DNA from: Selaginella moellendorffii
Taxonomy: Eukaryota; Plantae; Lycopodiophyta
Assembly: GCF_000143415.4 (NCBI RefSeq)
Contig: NW_003314354.1
Coordinates: forward strand, 286,575 to 350,574
DNA: 64,000 nucleotides
Direction: 5' to 3'
In this document: one piece after another, positions 34,432 through 46,558 of the stretch
Position numbering within the stretch: position 1 is the stretch's first letter
How the letters are laid out: every line of letters starts with the position of its first letter
Position numbers and translations under genes: made by a program
Notes under the pieces: model-generated
Databases searched by the model: none
The model's input: the letters and a program-made list of their open reading frames with translations, nothing else
What the model was told of the DNA's origin: nothing

Positions 34432-36182
34432 CTAGCTTTGTATAGCCAGCAGCTTTTTCATTTTCTCGTAGACCACGTAAGTGATGCTCGCGGCCGGAGC
34501 GACCTTGCACAGGTTTGGGACGAGGCCTTTGTAGAAGGCTGTCACACCTTCGTGCTCGAGCGTTCTCTTAAATACGTCTTTCATGCCTTTGTACCGCATG
34601 GGAGAGTTCAAAGGCTGGGCCTGTAATCTACACAAAAAAGAGGAAGAAAGTTTCTCAAAAGTGAGAGCGTATTGATTGCTTGCCTTGTGCGGATGAGCTG
34701 CAAAGGATACACTGAAGTCGCTCCGATCGCTCCGGAGATTGTTCCACACGCGAGTTGCGTCAATGGACCCGGCTCTGAAACGCTGAAGCTCAGTAAGAAA
34801 CGAAACGAGGAAAGCATGTCATACTTGTGCTCTCTAGCTTACCAGTTCCTTCCGGGAGTATCGATCTCGACAAGTCCTTGAGCGTCTCATACATCGCCAA
34901 GTCGATCCCCGCGTAAGGGATGATCCCAACCAGCGACGGCACGAGACCCCGGTAGAACGACAAGAACCCCTCGTGAGCGTACATGTCCCGGACGAGGCTG
35001 CTCATCTGAGACTTCCGGGACAAAACTTGCAGCCTCGTCTTCACCACGTCCAGGGGATAAACCACCGTTTGAGCAATCGCACCCGCGGCTCCACCCGCAA
35101 AGAGCCTCCCGAGAGGACCAATCTCGGACTTTTGCTCCCCCTGGATCTTGGCGGCCACCTCTTTGAGCATCTCAAACGCGTAGAACTTGACAGCGCTCTC
35201 TGGAGCGACCTTGAGAACGTTGATTCCGTTTCCAACGTAGAATCCAGCCATGCCACCCTCGGTGTATATCTGCTTGAGGCCCTGGAAGAGATTGGGCCTA
35301 GCTCGTCTCTCGGTCTGGACCTGGAGGATAACTTTGAGCCGGTCGAGCGGAGCGGTGGCGGTCCGGGACACTGCTCCCGCAACTCCGCCCGCGATGAAGT
35401 ACCTGGAAGCGTATAAGTGTCGGCTGATCCCTTCCGGGATGATGGCCTGTTCTCCGATATCAATCTGGCAGACCTTCTCCCAGTACTGATAAACTTCCGT
35501 GATCGTCCCGGCGTGAGGAGAGAGCAGCAAGAAATCCCTCCACTCCTCGAAAGTGATGATCCCGTTGTTGTCACGGTCCACGTGATCCATGAACTTGGAG
35601 AGGTTTCGATCGGAAAGATGGATGCCTGCGCAGACAAGCAAAGCACAAAGAAGAGTGAGAACACTAGCCTGGGAGGAACTCACTCTTTCTTCGCTTACCT
35701 GCATTCTTAAGAGCGTCGCGAAGCTCTTCCGGATGGATGTAGCCATCGTTGGTCACGTCGATCTGCTGGAACATATGGTAGAGCTCCAGCTCCTTCTCGT
35801 CGATGTAGCGGCGAAACTCGAGGAAATCCACACGCCCGTCGTGGTTGGCATCGCACACCTGGAGGAGATCCTGCGCGAACTTGTAGTGCGAGGGGATGGA
35901 CATGGTCTTGAGGCGCTGCTCGATCTGGCCGTGGTCCAGGAAGCCCGATTCGCTGGAATCGAAGAGGGCGAACAGATTCCGGATCCTCCCCTCGCGCTGC
36001 TCGCCAGTCTCGTCCAGGGCCAGCTCCACTTCCCTTAGGGTCACCGCGGGCGCTGGGAATTGTTGCTTCACCGATTGCGCTGGCGATGGCGCTGGCGATG
36101 GAGGATTCAGCCCGTGGACGCGGAAATCCTTGCTCGCCTGCTGGACCTCCGCCAGGCTCACTGGCTCGCTGGCCGCGGCCAT
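34432..36182 (-). CDS. Calcium-binding mitochondrial carrier (ATP-Mg/Pi transporter, APC/SCaMC type), multi-exon
   Basis: EF-hands ([48 protein letters not shown]) followed by carrier motifs [17 protein letters not shown] and YPLQLIRTR. Ends KKLLAIQS*. Confidence 0.96.
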
Positions 36183-36589
36183 AGCTTCGATCTTGCCCTT
36201 GCGGATCCTCCTGCGGGCTTACCGATCGACGCCGCGGTAGAGAATGCTCGATCGCTTCAAGCCATCGTCTCCATTCCCTCTCCTCGTCCTCTCCATACTG
36301 GTCCAGCCTTTCTCCAACACTCTCCCTTTTTCCAACACACGTTTAAAATTCGCCTTTTAGCCCAAATTAAGCTCTCCGTACAATACCACAATGCCGTACA
36401 TAATACCGTACGTACGTATAACGCAAGAGAACTCTGTGTTTTTTAAGCTGTTCATCATCTTTCACAAAAAAACGCTCCCGAGAATGGAGAACGAGAACGG
36501 ACGAACGGGACGAAGGAACGATTTGGCAAATTGGCGTCGCCGCTTCCTCGAAAACTTTTCGCAGTCTTTTGTTCGTCGTCGCTCCAAAT

Positions 36590-37676
36590 TCACATGAAAT
36601 CGAACTCGTCGACGTCGTCATACGCCGTCGAGTAATTGTCCTCGTCGGCTTTGTCAACATGGAGCTGCTTTTTCTTCGCTCCTGGAGAAGATCAAAGTTA
36701 TTCGCCGCTAGCAAAACTCGTGACTCGCTAAAGACTAGAAACTAGAGACTCTGAAAGAAAAGGCTTTCTTTTCCTTACCTCCTTTCTTCTTCCCGGCCGA
36801 GTCCTTCTCCGCTTTCAACTTCTCGTTGGCGATGACCGTCACAGCCGACGCAACTTCCTTCACGTCGGCCGCCTTCATTGACGCCGTCGCGGTCTTTAGC
36901 AGCGTCTTGAGCATTGTCATGTAATGGTAGCTCGTCTGGGAGAAAAGAGGACAAACGCGTGAGAAGACGAGAGAATTTCACACCGAAGGACGCACCTCAT
37001 AATTCTTTAGCTCGCGAGCAACGAGATCCGCGTACTCTATAAAGTCCGCTTCCGATTTTGGGAGGAAGCCTTCGAAAGGCCGGCCCCGGCTTTCCTTGCC
37101 GAAGAGTTCTGTCGTCACTTGATAATCAGCCTCTTCAACAAGTCTACAGGGAAACCACAATCAGCAAAAGTAAAATCCATTTTTCCTCGAAAAGATCCAA
37201 CCGAGAAAAAACAAGGCGAGAAGAGAAGAAAAGGAGCACCTTTGTTGTTTAAGCTTCTCGGCCAAAGGATCAGATGGCGCTTGTTCTTCTGGTTTTTGCT
37301 CTTGTGGAGCGGCGGGCACGGATTTCTTTCCTTTCTTGTCGGTTTTTTCGGCTTTCTCGGCTTTCTCGGCCTTGGGAGGCTTTGGAGCTGGTGCCTGATC
37401 AAAAGGAATTCCCCTTAAGGACGATGAATCGAGAGAACACGAACAAACTCACCGGCTTTTCCTCCTCATCCTCCCATGATTCCTTCACTTGAGCTTCCTC
37501 CTCCTTGTCTTCGTCGTCCCACTGGGATTTCGGCTGCTCCCTGGAGACAATAGGCGGCGGCGGAACGAAATCTTCGGCGTCTGCGAAGGGAAGACGAAGA
37601 AGAAGATGATAGAGCTAGAAACGCGATCGATCTCATCGCGCCACGAGCAGAATCACTCACCCCAATCGTCATCCAT
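36590..37676 (-). CDS. EIF3J: Eukaryotic translation initiation factor 3 subunit J, multi-exon
   Basis: MDDDW|DAEDF..WDDED..KESWEDEE, DPLAEKLKQQR|LVEEADY..TTELFG, PKSEADFIEYA, KEVASAVTVIANEKLKAEK, ending YDDVDEFDFM*. Confidence 0.93.
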
Positions 37677-37734
37677 TGCGTCGTCTGCTGCGCACCCTCT
37701 CCCCCCACGCGCGAAAGCCCGCCCTAGTTCTCCA

Positions 37735-37743
37735 AAACCCTAG
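37735..37743 (+). promoter_or_regulatory. Telo-box (AAACCCTAG) upstream of eIF3j
   Basis: Exact motif ~60 bp from the ATG. Telo-boxes are common in plant translation-factor promoters. Confidence 0.5.
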
Positions 37744-37808
37744 ATCACTCCCAACGATAAAACCATAGACCCGATATATAATTTTTTCTCAAAACTCCAT
37801 CTCCATCT

Positions 37809-40800
37809 CTACCAGCCGCCACTGTTGACGCCCGCACCATCGCCTCCAGCGATCGTTGCTCCTCCTCCCCAGCCAAGATCTCGAGCACTGCCACTGGCGC
37901 CAGGAATTTCTCCAGTAGTTCCTCCTCCTCCCCAGCCAAAACTGGAGCTTTCCTCTCCATCCCGCTTCTTTGGAGAAGATCCGCCATCGCCATTCTCCTC
38001 TCCAGCGCCACCTCCTCCACAGCCGCCAGTGCTCGCGTTTCCTTTCGCAGGGACTCGATCATCTTCTTCTCCATTGATGCCAAAAACGGAGCTTGCTCCT
38101 CCTCCATGCTCGTTTGTTTCACCACCAGCGTTAGCAGGAGTTTCTTCTCCAGTGCTACCACCCCGAGTAGCGTTTTGATCGCGAGTTTCATTTCCACCAC
38201 CGTCTTCGGTGTTCCAGCCTCCGCCACCATTGTCGCCAGTGTTCCACCCTCCACCATTGTTGCTGGTAACTCCACCACCGTTGTCGCCGCCGGCGTTCCA
38301 GCCTCCGCCACCACCATTGTCACCGCCTGTGTTCCAGCCGCCACCACCACCGTCGCCGCCGGTGTTCCAGCCTCCGCCACCATCGTCAGCGTTCCAGCCA
38401 CCGCCATTGTCACCATTTTCCCCGGGATTTCTACCACCTCGAGGTTGTTGCAGTGCTGTACCGTCCAACGAAGCTATGATCTGTGCTTCCACTGCCGAAA
38501 GAAAAAAGATGTTACAAACAGAGAAATCAGGACTTTGATGGACTTGCCTGTGACTTCTTTGAGCAATGCACGAAGAAAGACGTGCACGATGTTTCTGTAA
38601 GCGCGTACTACTCGGCCTTTCAGGCCTTTGTAGCTGCCTCGAGTAACTTTGACCTCTTTTCCAATCAGCTCATGCGTTTTCCTCGGAGGAGCACCTACAA
38701 GAACGCAAGAAAAAAAAAACGAGATGATTTTGCAGTTGAAGAGAAGACTGTTTGATTACCGGTCTTGAAATTCGCCATGAGAAAACCTTTCACCTGTTGG
38801 TTTTTGTAAGAACCCGGAACATCGAAGGAGATAAAACGAAAATTTCATACCTCTTCAAGCACGCAAGAGCGTGCATGAGCGCAGAAGTTCCCTTGATTAT
38901 CCGCGTGGTCTGCATTGTGAACGAAAAGGAAGTCCTGGTAGATGTGTTTCACAGTGCCTCGACTTTCCTGAGAAAACCACAGCCCGCGCGAATCAGGAAA
39001 CGCAAAAAGAAGAGAAAAGTAAAAGGCTTTGTGGAACTTTACCGAGAGAGGACCCTCCTGTACGCGGACCATGCTGTCCAGGCGAACAATCTTCGAGGTA
39101 GCGTCTCTTGCTGTAGCATTTTCATCCACGAGTTTCTTTTGGATGTTCCTGGCCTTGACGTTCACCACTTCTTGTTCGATCTCTCCTTTCAGGATCTGAT
39201 GAGCTTAGTTTGATAAGTTGGAAGAACAAAACAGAAAATCACCTCGACTGAGTTATCAGCCCCCTCGATCTTAAGAATGATCCCGAAAGTGGATTGGCTG
39301 CAAGGAATAGAATCGATAAAACTTTGCGAAAACAAAATCAGCTAGCCTTACTCTATAAGCACGAGATCTCCTTCATTGAACTGTCCGGCGGATATCTCGG
39401 ATGGCGTGAGAACTTCTCCAAGACATTTCCGTGGCACTTCGATCTGCATATCCATATCCAGCTCGAAGAAAAACTTGAGAAAAAGAGGAGAGAACTCACA
39501 TTTTCCGTGATCAAGTCGCAGCGCAGCACAACGTGATCGCTTTCAAGCTTCACTATCATCCCCGTCCGGCCTTCGTGCTCCCCGGATGCTACACGGATGT
39601 GGTTCGCAACCTCGTACACTCTCTCGAGCTGCTTCTTGTGTGCTCGTACAAATTTCTGCTAGCAGAAACCTTTCAGAAAAAAACAGAAGAAGAGTGAAAC
39701 AAAGACATACCCGATCATCCGCCAAGACGTAGACCGCATCGCCATCAACTTTGGTTACTCTTCCTATGGTACCTCGGAGTTCGCCGTCGATCACCTGGAC
39801 TTTCTCATCCTTCTTAAGGCTGGAGTCATGGATTCTCGGTTCTTCGGGAACATATGCCTTCGATTTTCCAGCGTCGCTCCTCGCCTTTGCCTTTCCCTTC
39901 GACTTCCCAGCATCCTCTTTCGCCTTTCCCTTCGCAGCGCTTTGAGTCTTCCTGGCTTTCTTCTTCGGCCGCAAATCTTCCTCTTCGTCAGGCTCCTGGA
40001 TTTGGTGCGGATCCATGAAGAAGTCGAGCTCTCTCTTCGTCGGCGTGATGGCAGTCACGGATTTGGACTGCACAAGCGTGATCAGATAGCCGTCCCAGAA
40101 CTCCATCCTGGAAGATTTGCAGACTGTTCTTCCCTTCTCCCTCTTTACAGGGAAACCGAGTTTCCTGCGGAAAAAACACAAGTGTGAGAAAATGGTGGCG
40201 ATTGAGAGCTCTTACTGGGCATGTTCCGGAGTGAAAAGCCCCGGCTTGTTCTTCTTGAGGTGAAAACCCTTCGTTTTGTACTGCAAGAGCAAGAAGATCA
40301 CTGGTTTTGCGACACCAATGAACAAACCTACCTTGCAAACGTCGATCCTCGGCACCAGCTTGACACGAAGTTTTTTAAGATGGTCTCGAACTTCCACGAC
40401 CTGGAAAGAAACCTTAATGTGGCTGACTTGTATCGTTTTCTTTCTTCACCTGAGCAATGTCACCATTGTAAATCCCTCCCTTCACTCGCACCCAATCCTT
40501 CACGGAAAACTCGCAAGCGCTACGAGAGCTCTCGCCAACGAGTACTTCACGATTCTCATTGCGGAGAATCTCTTGCACGGTTTCGTCCGAGACGGGAGTT
40601 ATCTTCTTGAGAAGTAGCAAATTAAGGCCGTGGCATGCCTGGAAGAACAAAAGAAAGTATAGAGACTGATCTCAAACAAAAAAAAAATTACCTTTCGAAT
40701 GTGTGCTTCGGACTCGGCCTCGATGATAACAATCCCTTCGCACGACTTATCAGGAGCAATGGCGCACTTGACGAGCACAGCGGTGCTTTCCGAGTCATTT

Positions 40801-41275
40801 ATCTTTGCAAAGATCGAGGCCGCGGCATCCTCCGCCAACCCGTGCTAAAAGGAGAAGTAAAAGAACACCACATACAAGAAAAAAAAATCGAGACAAGAAG
40901 CTCACTAGTACAAAAGGAACCAGCATTACCTTGCATTTCACCGTCCAAAACCTGGGCTTGGATCTTCCATCCTCTTTTTCTTCATCATCGCTTTCGTCTT
41001 CCTCTTCTTGTTCTTCTTCCGGACTTCCTTCCTGTTGCCCTCTCTTCATTCGCTTGACGGCGCTAACGTCGATGAAGTTGTCGATCGATACTGCAAACAA
41101 GGAGCGCAAGAGCCAGCAAGCGAGAAATGCATCGATCAAAACCATGCAAGAAAGGAAAAAACTTACTGCTTTGTTCTTCTTTTTCATCTTCTTCTTCTTC
41201 TTCTTCTTCCGGTTCTTCCTCATCGTTGTCTGGCTCAACTGGGCTCTTGCGCTTCCCGGAGCCCACATACCCCAT
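37809..41275 (-). CDS. Divergent SPT5-family protein (acidic N-terminus, NGN, KOW domains) with a C-terminal GW-repeat tail (SPT5L/KTF1-like architecture)
   Basis: PRFWTVKCK, GIVIIEAESEAHI, DWVRVKGGIYNGDIAQV, VKLVPRID, EKVQVIDGELRGTIGRV, HIRVASGEHEGRTGMIVK, VRVQEGP. The last exon has about nine GW motifs (GGGGWNTGGDN repeats). Confidence 0.85.
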
Positions 41276-41589
41276 GATCGCGATCGCGAAGAAACCCACC
41301 CAAAACCCCGATTCTTCAAAGACGAAACGGACTAATAAGCTATATGCCAAGTGACCAACAAGAACTCGATAGATGGTACGAGAACGTCACATCAAAGGAG
41401 CGTTTCACGCTTTCCGGTGGAAGTAAAAGCGATGATAGAAGAGACGTTTGCTCTTTCCTCTCCTTCTTTGTTATCTGCGAGGTACTCTTTCTTCTCAGCA
41501 GCTGTTCTTGGTGGATTTGCTCCTCGCACGCATCATGGCTACAAATTCATCTTCCCGTCCTGTGAATAGTTTCACTCAATCCTGCGAGT

Positions 41590-42700
41590 GACTTACATTG
41601 TGTGTGGCCACTTCTTTGATGGTTTCTTTCAAGTCCTGCGTGTTCAGATCGCCAAGAGCTAGCTCCAGTTCTTCCACAGTGATGTACCTGACCGATGAAA
41701 AAACTTGGAACAATAAAAATGAGAGTTTTACGCTGTTATCCTTGCCGAGACACTGGAAAGCCGACTTTTGTTGAGATGCATGGTCGCCGTGATCGATTGA
41801 GGCCAATTTCAGCAGCGCCAGCCTTGAAGGACAAAATGAAAAACGAAACAAAAATACACTAAGCAAACTTCCGACATCGTGTTCTGTGAGAGTGGATCCC
41901 AAGTTTACAAGTCCGGCTTTTAACTCGTCGTACGTGATCGTCCCCCTCCACAACAAGCAGATTTAGATTAGCCAAGGCTAACCATCAAATCAGCTCGGCT
42001 TTCCTCTGGATCTTCGAGGGCCTTCCTTTCAGAAAAACAAGCTTTTTCTTTGCTTTTTCACAGTAACCTCTGCACAAGCATATGCTACGTAAGATAAAAC
42101 ATTCCTAGAGCTATACGTACCTGGCCAACTAAAGAAGAAAGAATGGAGAGCCTTTCCTCCCTGTAAATCCTGTCTAAATCCGAGTTGCAACCTCAGACAG
42201 ACTCTCGGCAATCACCTGGATGACAAATTCTTGAAGGAATGCAAAACAGAGAAGAGCGTCACCTTAAAAGTGCAAGCTTTTTGAGCTTGTTCATGGGCAG
42301 AAAACTGCTTCATTCGCGACAGCACTGGGTTGTCCAGCGGACCTCTGGTGCCTCGCCATCTTCTTTGAGCCAAGGGAGGATTCGACGACGTGATCAAAGC
42401 GAAGCGTTATTCTAGAAATCACAGAGCCTGCTTAATGTCCCGAGAAACATCTTACCAGTAGACACTCCTTTGGTCTTGCGCAGCAAATCCTTGGCGATCA
42501 AAGGTTGCTGGAAAGATCGAGGTGGCCGCGAAGAAATGCATCCTTGCTGAGATTTCTGTTTAAGATGATCTTTTACCAGCCCAGAAAGGTGAAACACCAA
42601 TGTATGCGATGACTTCAGCACTCCATGCACCGGCATAGTTGAGTCTAAGAACTGCCAGCAAGATCTTTGAAGGCCTCACCTGGAAGAAAGAAGGAACAAA
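41590..42700 (-). pseudogene. Calcium-dependent protein kinase (CDPK) pseudogene
   Basis: Fragments FKDLAGSS, WSAEVIAYIGVSPFWA, PLDNPVLSRMKQFSA, GTITYDELKAGL and YITVEELELAL, with deletions and frameshifts. A short second copy lies at ~44485-44535. Confidence 0.85.
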
Positions 42701-43186
42701 ACTGAAAAAAGAAGGGAAGTGCCAGGTACATATGATGAAGAACGAATGCGTTTTTGCCTGGAAGGAAAACGTTCTCACACAGGGAGGAAGATGAGAAACA
42801 ACGAAGAAAAACGGACGAAGAAAGTAGGCGAAAGCATATACCGATCGATCGATCTAAGTTTGAGATTAAAGCATGGTTCCAGGAAGAAAAAGAAACAAGA
42901 AGAGGAAAGAAGAAGATTTCCAAGATTTACGTATAGAATAGTAGGAACTGATCGATCAAAGACCCAACAAAACGAAAGAAAAAATACTAGCACATTTTAG
43001 GCCTTACAACCGGCATATTCCCAAAGGAGAATATGTTCATAGAAAGGAGAACATTCTTAGGTATAAAAGGCAATTTTTGAAAAGATCTAACCCTCCAAGC
43101 GAACTACACGTGGCGAAATCCCAGCTATTGCGCACGCCTATATATCGAGGACTGAGGGAAAGGGTTTCGTCAAACAGACTAGGGGA

Positions 43187-44227
43187 ATGGCGTGGTGGAA
43201 GAGCGTCATCGCCCCGTTCACGCGCAGGCCCCCGCGCTACTGGGACTTGCCTCACAGGTTCGCTGTCCTAGTCGCCAGCTCCCTCTTGTGGATCGGGCTC
43301 GGCAGCATCCCTCTCTATGGCATGGCCAAGACGCCGGCGGCTGGCTGGGCATGGGTGCGCGAGGTGTTCGCATCCAGCCCAGGAACTCTCGCAGACCTGG
43401 GAGTGATATGCTTGGTGGCTGCTAGTCAAGCCAGGGTGAGGGTGAGACTCGGGTGGGATGTGCCCAAGCCCGAAGACAAAGTCACAAAGTTCGTCATGTT
43501 TGGCGTGTCGCTCCTCGTCCCAGTGCTGCCCCTTGCTGCCGGTCGCTATGGACGTGATCTCGGTCTTGTCAAGGCGCTGCTGCTCTATGCCCAGCTTGCC
43601 TTTGCGAATTGCGTCGCGTGTTTGCTCGTGATTGCCAACGAATTTCGGTTCTGGGGAGTAGGAGTTACCATTGCCGAGCTCCTCCCGGTGGCGATGCTGG
43701 GCAAGAGCTTGGTTGTCAAGGCTCTTGGCAGCAGCGAGGGGCTTGGCACTGGGAATGAAGTGGTGAGCTTGTGGAGCGTTCTTGCCACAGTCACCTTTGT
43801 GGCGGTCACGTACAAGCTCCACAGGAATTCGATGTTCACGCTGTTTGAAGTCTCGGACTGGCTGCGTCCGGTACAGGTTCTCGCCATGGCGGCATGGATC
43901 TCGGGCATCCTTTTTCCCAGACACTTTGCAACGCTGTTCGAGGGACGCGGCTTGATCTTGGTGCCGGTGGCGATGGGTTTACTGTTCAAGGCTTTTGCGG
44001 CGTGGGAGAGTTGGGAGCTGGGCTCGTCGGAGACGAATGCTTTTGCCGGGGTGGCGGCTGGAGTGCTGTGCGTGGTGGCGGCTGCCACAGGATGCGTGGG
44101 CTCGGCTTTTGGATGGCTGATAGTTTGTCGTCTGGTCGTCGAACTTCAAGGCTCGGTGCGCTCTGCGATCATGTGCAAGCGGAGAATGGAGCAAGAGAAG
44201 GCAAAGGCATCAAATCAAACCTTGTAA
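43187..44227 (+). CDS. Highly divergent, intronless Sec61-alpha/SecY-like protein (346 aa)
   Basis: LGSIPLYG..WVREVFASSPGTLADLGV matches Sec61a CSQLPLYG..WMRVILASNRGTVMELGI. GRYG..LGLVKALLLYAQL matches GMYG..LGVGNAILIILQL. AFAGVAAGVLCVVAAATGCVGSAFGWLI matches [28 protein letters not shown]. Confidence 0.8.
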   Translation: MAWWKSVIAPFTRRPPRYWDLPHRFAVLVASSLLWIGLGSIPLYGMAKTPAAGWAWVREVFASSPGTLADLGVICLVAASQARVRVRLGWDVPKPEDKVTKFVMFGVSLLVPVLPLAAGRYGRDLGLVKALLLYAQLAFANCVACLLVIANEFRFWGVGVTIAELLPVAMLGKSLVVKALGSSEGLGTGNEVVSLWSVLATVTFVAVTYKLHRNSMFTLFEVSDWLRPVQVLAMAAWISGILFPRHFATLFEGRGLILVPVAMGLLFKAFAAWESWELGSSETNAFAGVAAGVLCVVAAATGCVGSAFGWLIVCRLVVELQGSVRSAIMCKRRMEQEKAKASNQTL

Positions 44228-44782
44228 CTTCTACGCGTTTGTCATTGCAACATTGCATAGAAACTGAAACTCTTGGGATCGCGAATATTCGTTTGTTTTG
44301 AATTTTTCTAATAGAAAACAAGTGGAGCCGAGAAAAGCTCAATTTGGAGTGATCTTAGGAGCTTGTCCTTGATTAACCATAAGATCATCTTTCGGGTGAT
44401 AAACACTTGTTTTTTTAGAGTGATTCTTGTGAGTGTGTCTTCATACCTTCCTCCACTCTCATCACGAGAGAGCTTCTGACGAATTCAAAGCTTGTTCATG
44501 GCAGGAAACTGCTTCATTTGCGACATGCCATCTTCTTAAAGATGGTTTAAAAATGACAAAGCTTTTGTGCTTCACAAACATTTTGTGTGTTTAAGGTTTG
44601 ATGGCAAAAGCTTTTAAAACTACCTCGCAGTATAATCACCTACAATAGCATAAGTCACCTACATAAGTCGCCTGTGATACCTCTCTACAAATGGCGAGAC
44701 CCCAGGCCACGTGTTGTAGTGTTATTGGTCCACGTATGCTTCGAGTGAGTTTATATTGTGTTTCTAGGGTTTCCAAGGATTA

Positions 44783-46308
44783 ATGGCGGTGTGGGTGAAA
44801 GGCAATGGCGAGGAGGCTCGACTCTTCCGGCTCCATAACTCGAGGTATCTCATGCTCTGCTCGATTGCAGCGCACTGGGGCTTCGACCCCGACACGCTCC
44901 TCGTGGGTCGCTTTGCCCTCTCCATGGACAAAAGCGGCAACTCCGTCTCAGACGTGGACGAGATCCGGGCATACTCAGCGGGCGCGGGCGATGGTCTCAC
45001 AGATCAGACTCCATTTGTCATCACCGGGAAGCCAGCACATACGATCTGGACCAGTTCCTCTTCGAGGAAACCGACACTAGAGGAGACGTTCGTGGCTGCG
45101 GCAATTACAGATGAGGATTTCAAGAAGCTATCCTACACAGAATCCAGGAGTGTGCGTCCATACAGATCGCGCTTGGTGTATCAGCGGTTCAAGGCGATGA
45201 GGCAGGAACTCATCATCGACGAGTCTGGAGTTCATCACTACATACGTGCGAAGGACGATTTAGGCAGTGCAGTTGCCCCGTTTGTGGGAGCTCTTCACAT
45301 CGTCCCGAATGGATCAAGGTTCGATGGCAGTGCACGTCGCCCAGTTGGAATGGTATCACTGGTTCGCTGCGACGGTTACTGCTTGACTGCGGCTCAATGT
45401 CTGGAAGGTTTCGATGGTGATGACAACACTATCTTCGTCAGCTTCCCACGGATGAGCGGCAGCGGGGATAATTCTTGCTTTTACGAGTGTAAGATTGCCA
45501 AGGCCGAAGAGTTTGTGGTGCACTTGGAGGCTAAAGAGCAACAAAGCTTCAAGACTTGCATGGCTACCCGATTTGGACCTGCCTCTGGCTCAGTTTTCAT
45601 GTTCAGCGGCCCCAACAGCACGCAACTCGTGGAGTGTCCGATGGTTGATTCGTTCGTATGTCCATTCGAGGGCATTGTATTGCCGAGCGCGAAGATCGAC
45701 CACAAGCTTTCGCTGGGAGGTCCTGTTGTCAACTGTGTCGGCGAGATGATAGGGGTGATTATTGCACACAGCCTACTGAAGAAGAGCAGCGACTCGAGAG
45801 GAAAAGCGTGCGTTACCCGGTTTGGAACCAAGATGAAAGTGCAAAGTGTTTCGGACTTGCAGGAGTTTCTAGATGATGCACTGAAATGGAAGAACGTCAA
45901 CAACAAGCTGGGCAGCACTCGAGGCGATGCAAAATATGAGAGTTAAGTTCATTGATCCTTCTTTCTGGTTCTCATTTTTCTTTTCTTTTTTTTTCTTTCT
46001 TGTCTTTCAGTGTGGAAAAATTGCTTGGAACTCAGGAGGTTGGTCCAGTGCACGGGAGCTGACTTCATTTCTCCCGCTCAGGAGTGGTATTCGCAGCATC
46101 CACTGTCAGGTTCGTAGACATCTATTTGATCTTTTTGATCGAGTAGTTACCAATGTATTCCTCGCTTGCAGAATTTATCAACAGCGCTGTGACGGAGTTT
46201 AATGCTCCACCGCTTAAGCGTCCGAAAGTTAAATACGTCCCCATGTCCGAGGAGAAAATCCAGAAGTTTTACAAAGAGCAGGAAGCTGTCAGAGAGGTTT
46301 TTTTCTAG
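44783..46308 (+). CDS. Uncharacterised protein: N-terminal Ubl-like header plus inactive trypsin-like domain; exons 44783-45941, 46011-46109, 46172-46308
   Basis: CLTAAQCL (cf. TAAHC) and KLSLGGPVVNCVGEMIGV (cf. GxSGGPV). Two GT-AG introns extend the frame in phase to PPLKRPKVK..EAVREVFF*. A telo-box (TAGGGTTT) lies just upstream. Confidence 0.7.
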
Positions 46309-46558
46309 ATATGTGAATAGTCCTCAACCGATGAAGATGCTCTAACTTGCTGTCTACTCTTCACTCTCTCTCTCTTGATTTGCTGACAGACACGGTCACT
46401 ACAAGAAGACTCTGGCTTTTCCTCTGCGATTCTAATCTTTGCTTCGTTTTACGTTTTACGCATGGATTCGGCGGTTCGACATAGGATAGGGTGTTTTCAT
46501 GCTAACGTGAATTTGCTGGACACCTGTTATGCGAGCAGAAAAGACCTGTATTACGCCC

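Noticed and set aside
37745-38600. Pro-rich extensin-like and MVVAEAGTPA-repeat ORFs
   Set aside because: Alternative frames and antisense of the GW-repeat exon.
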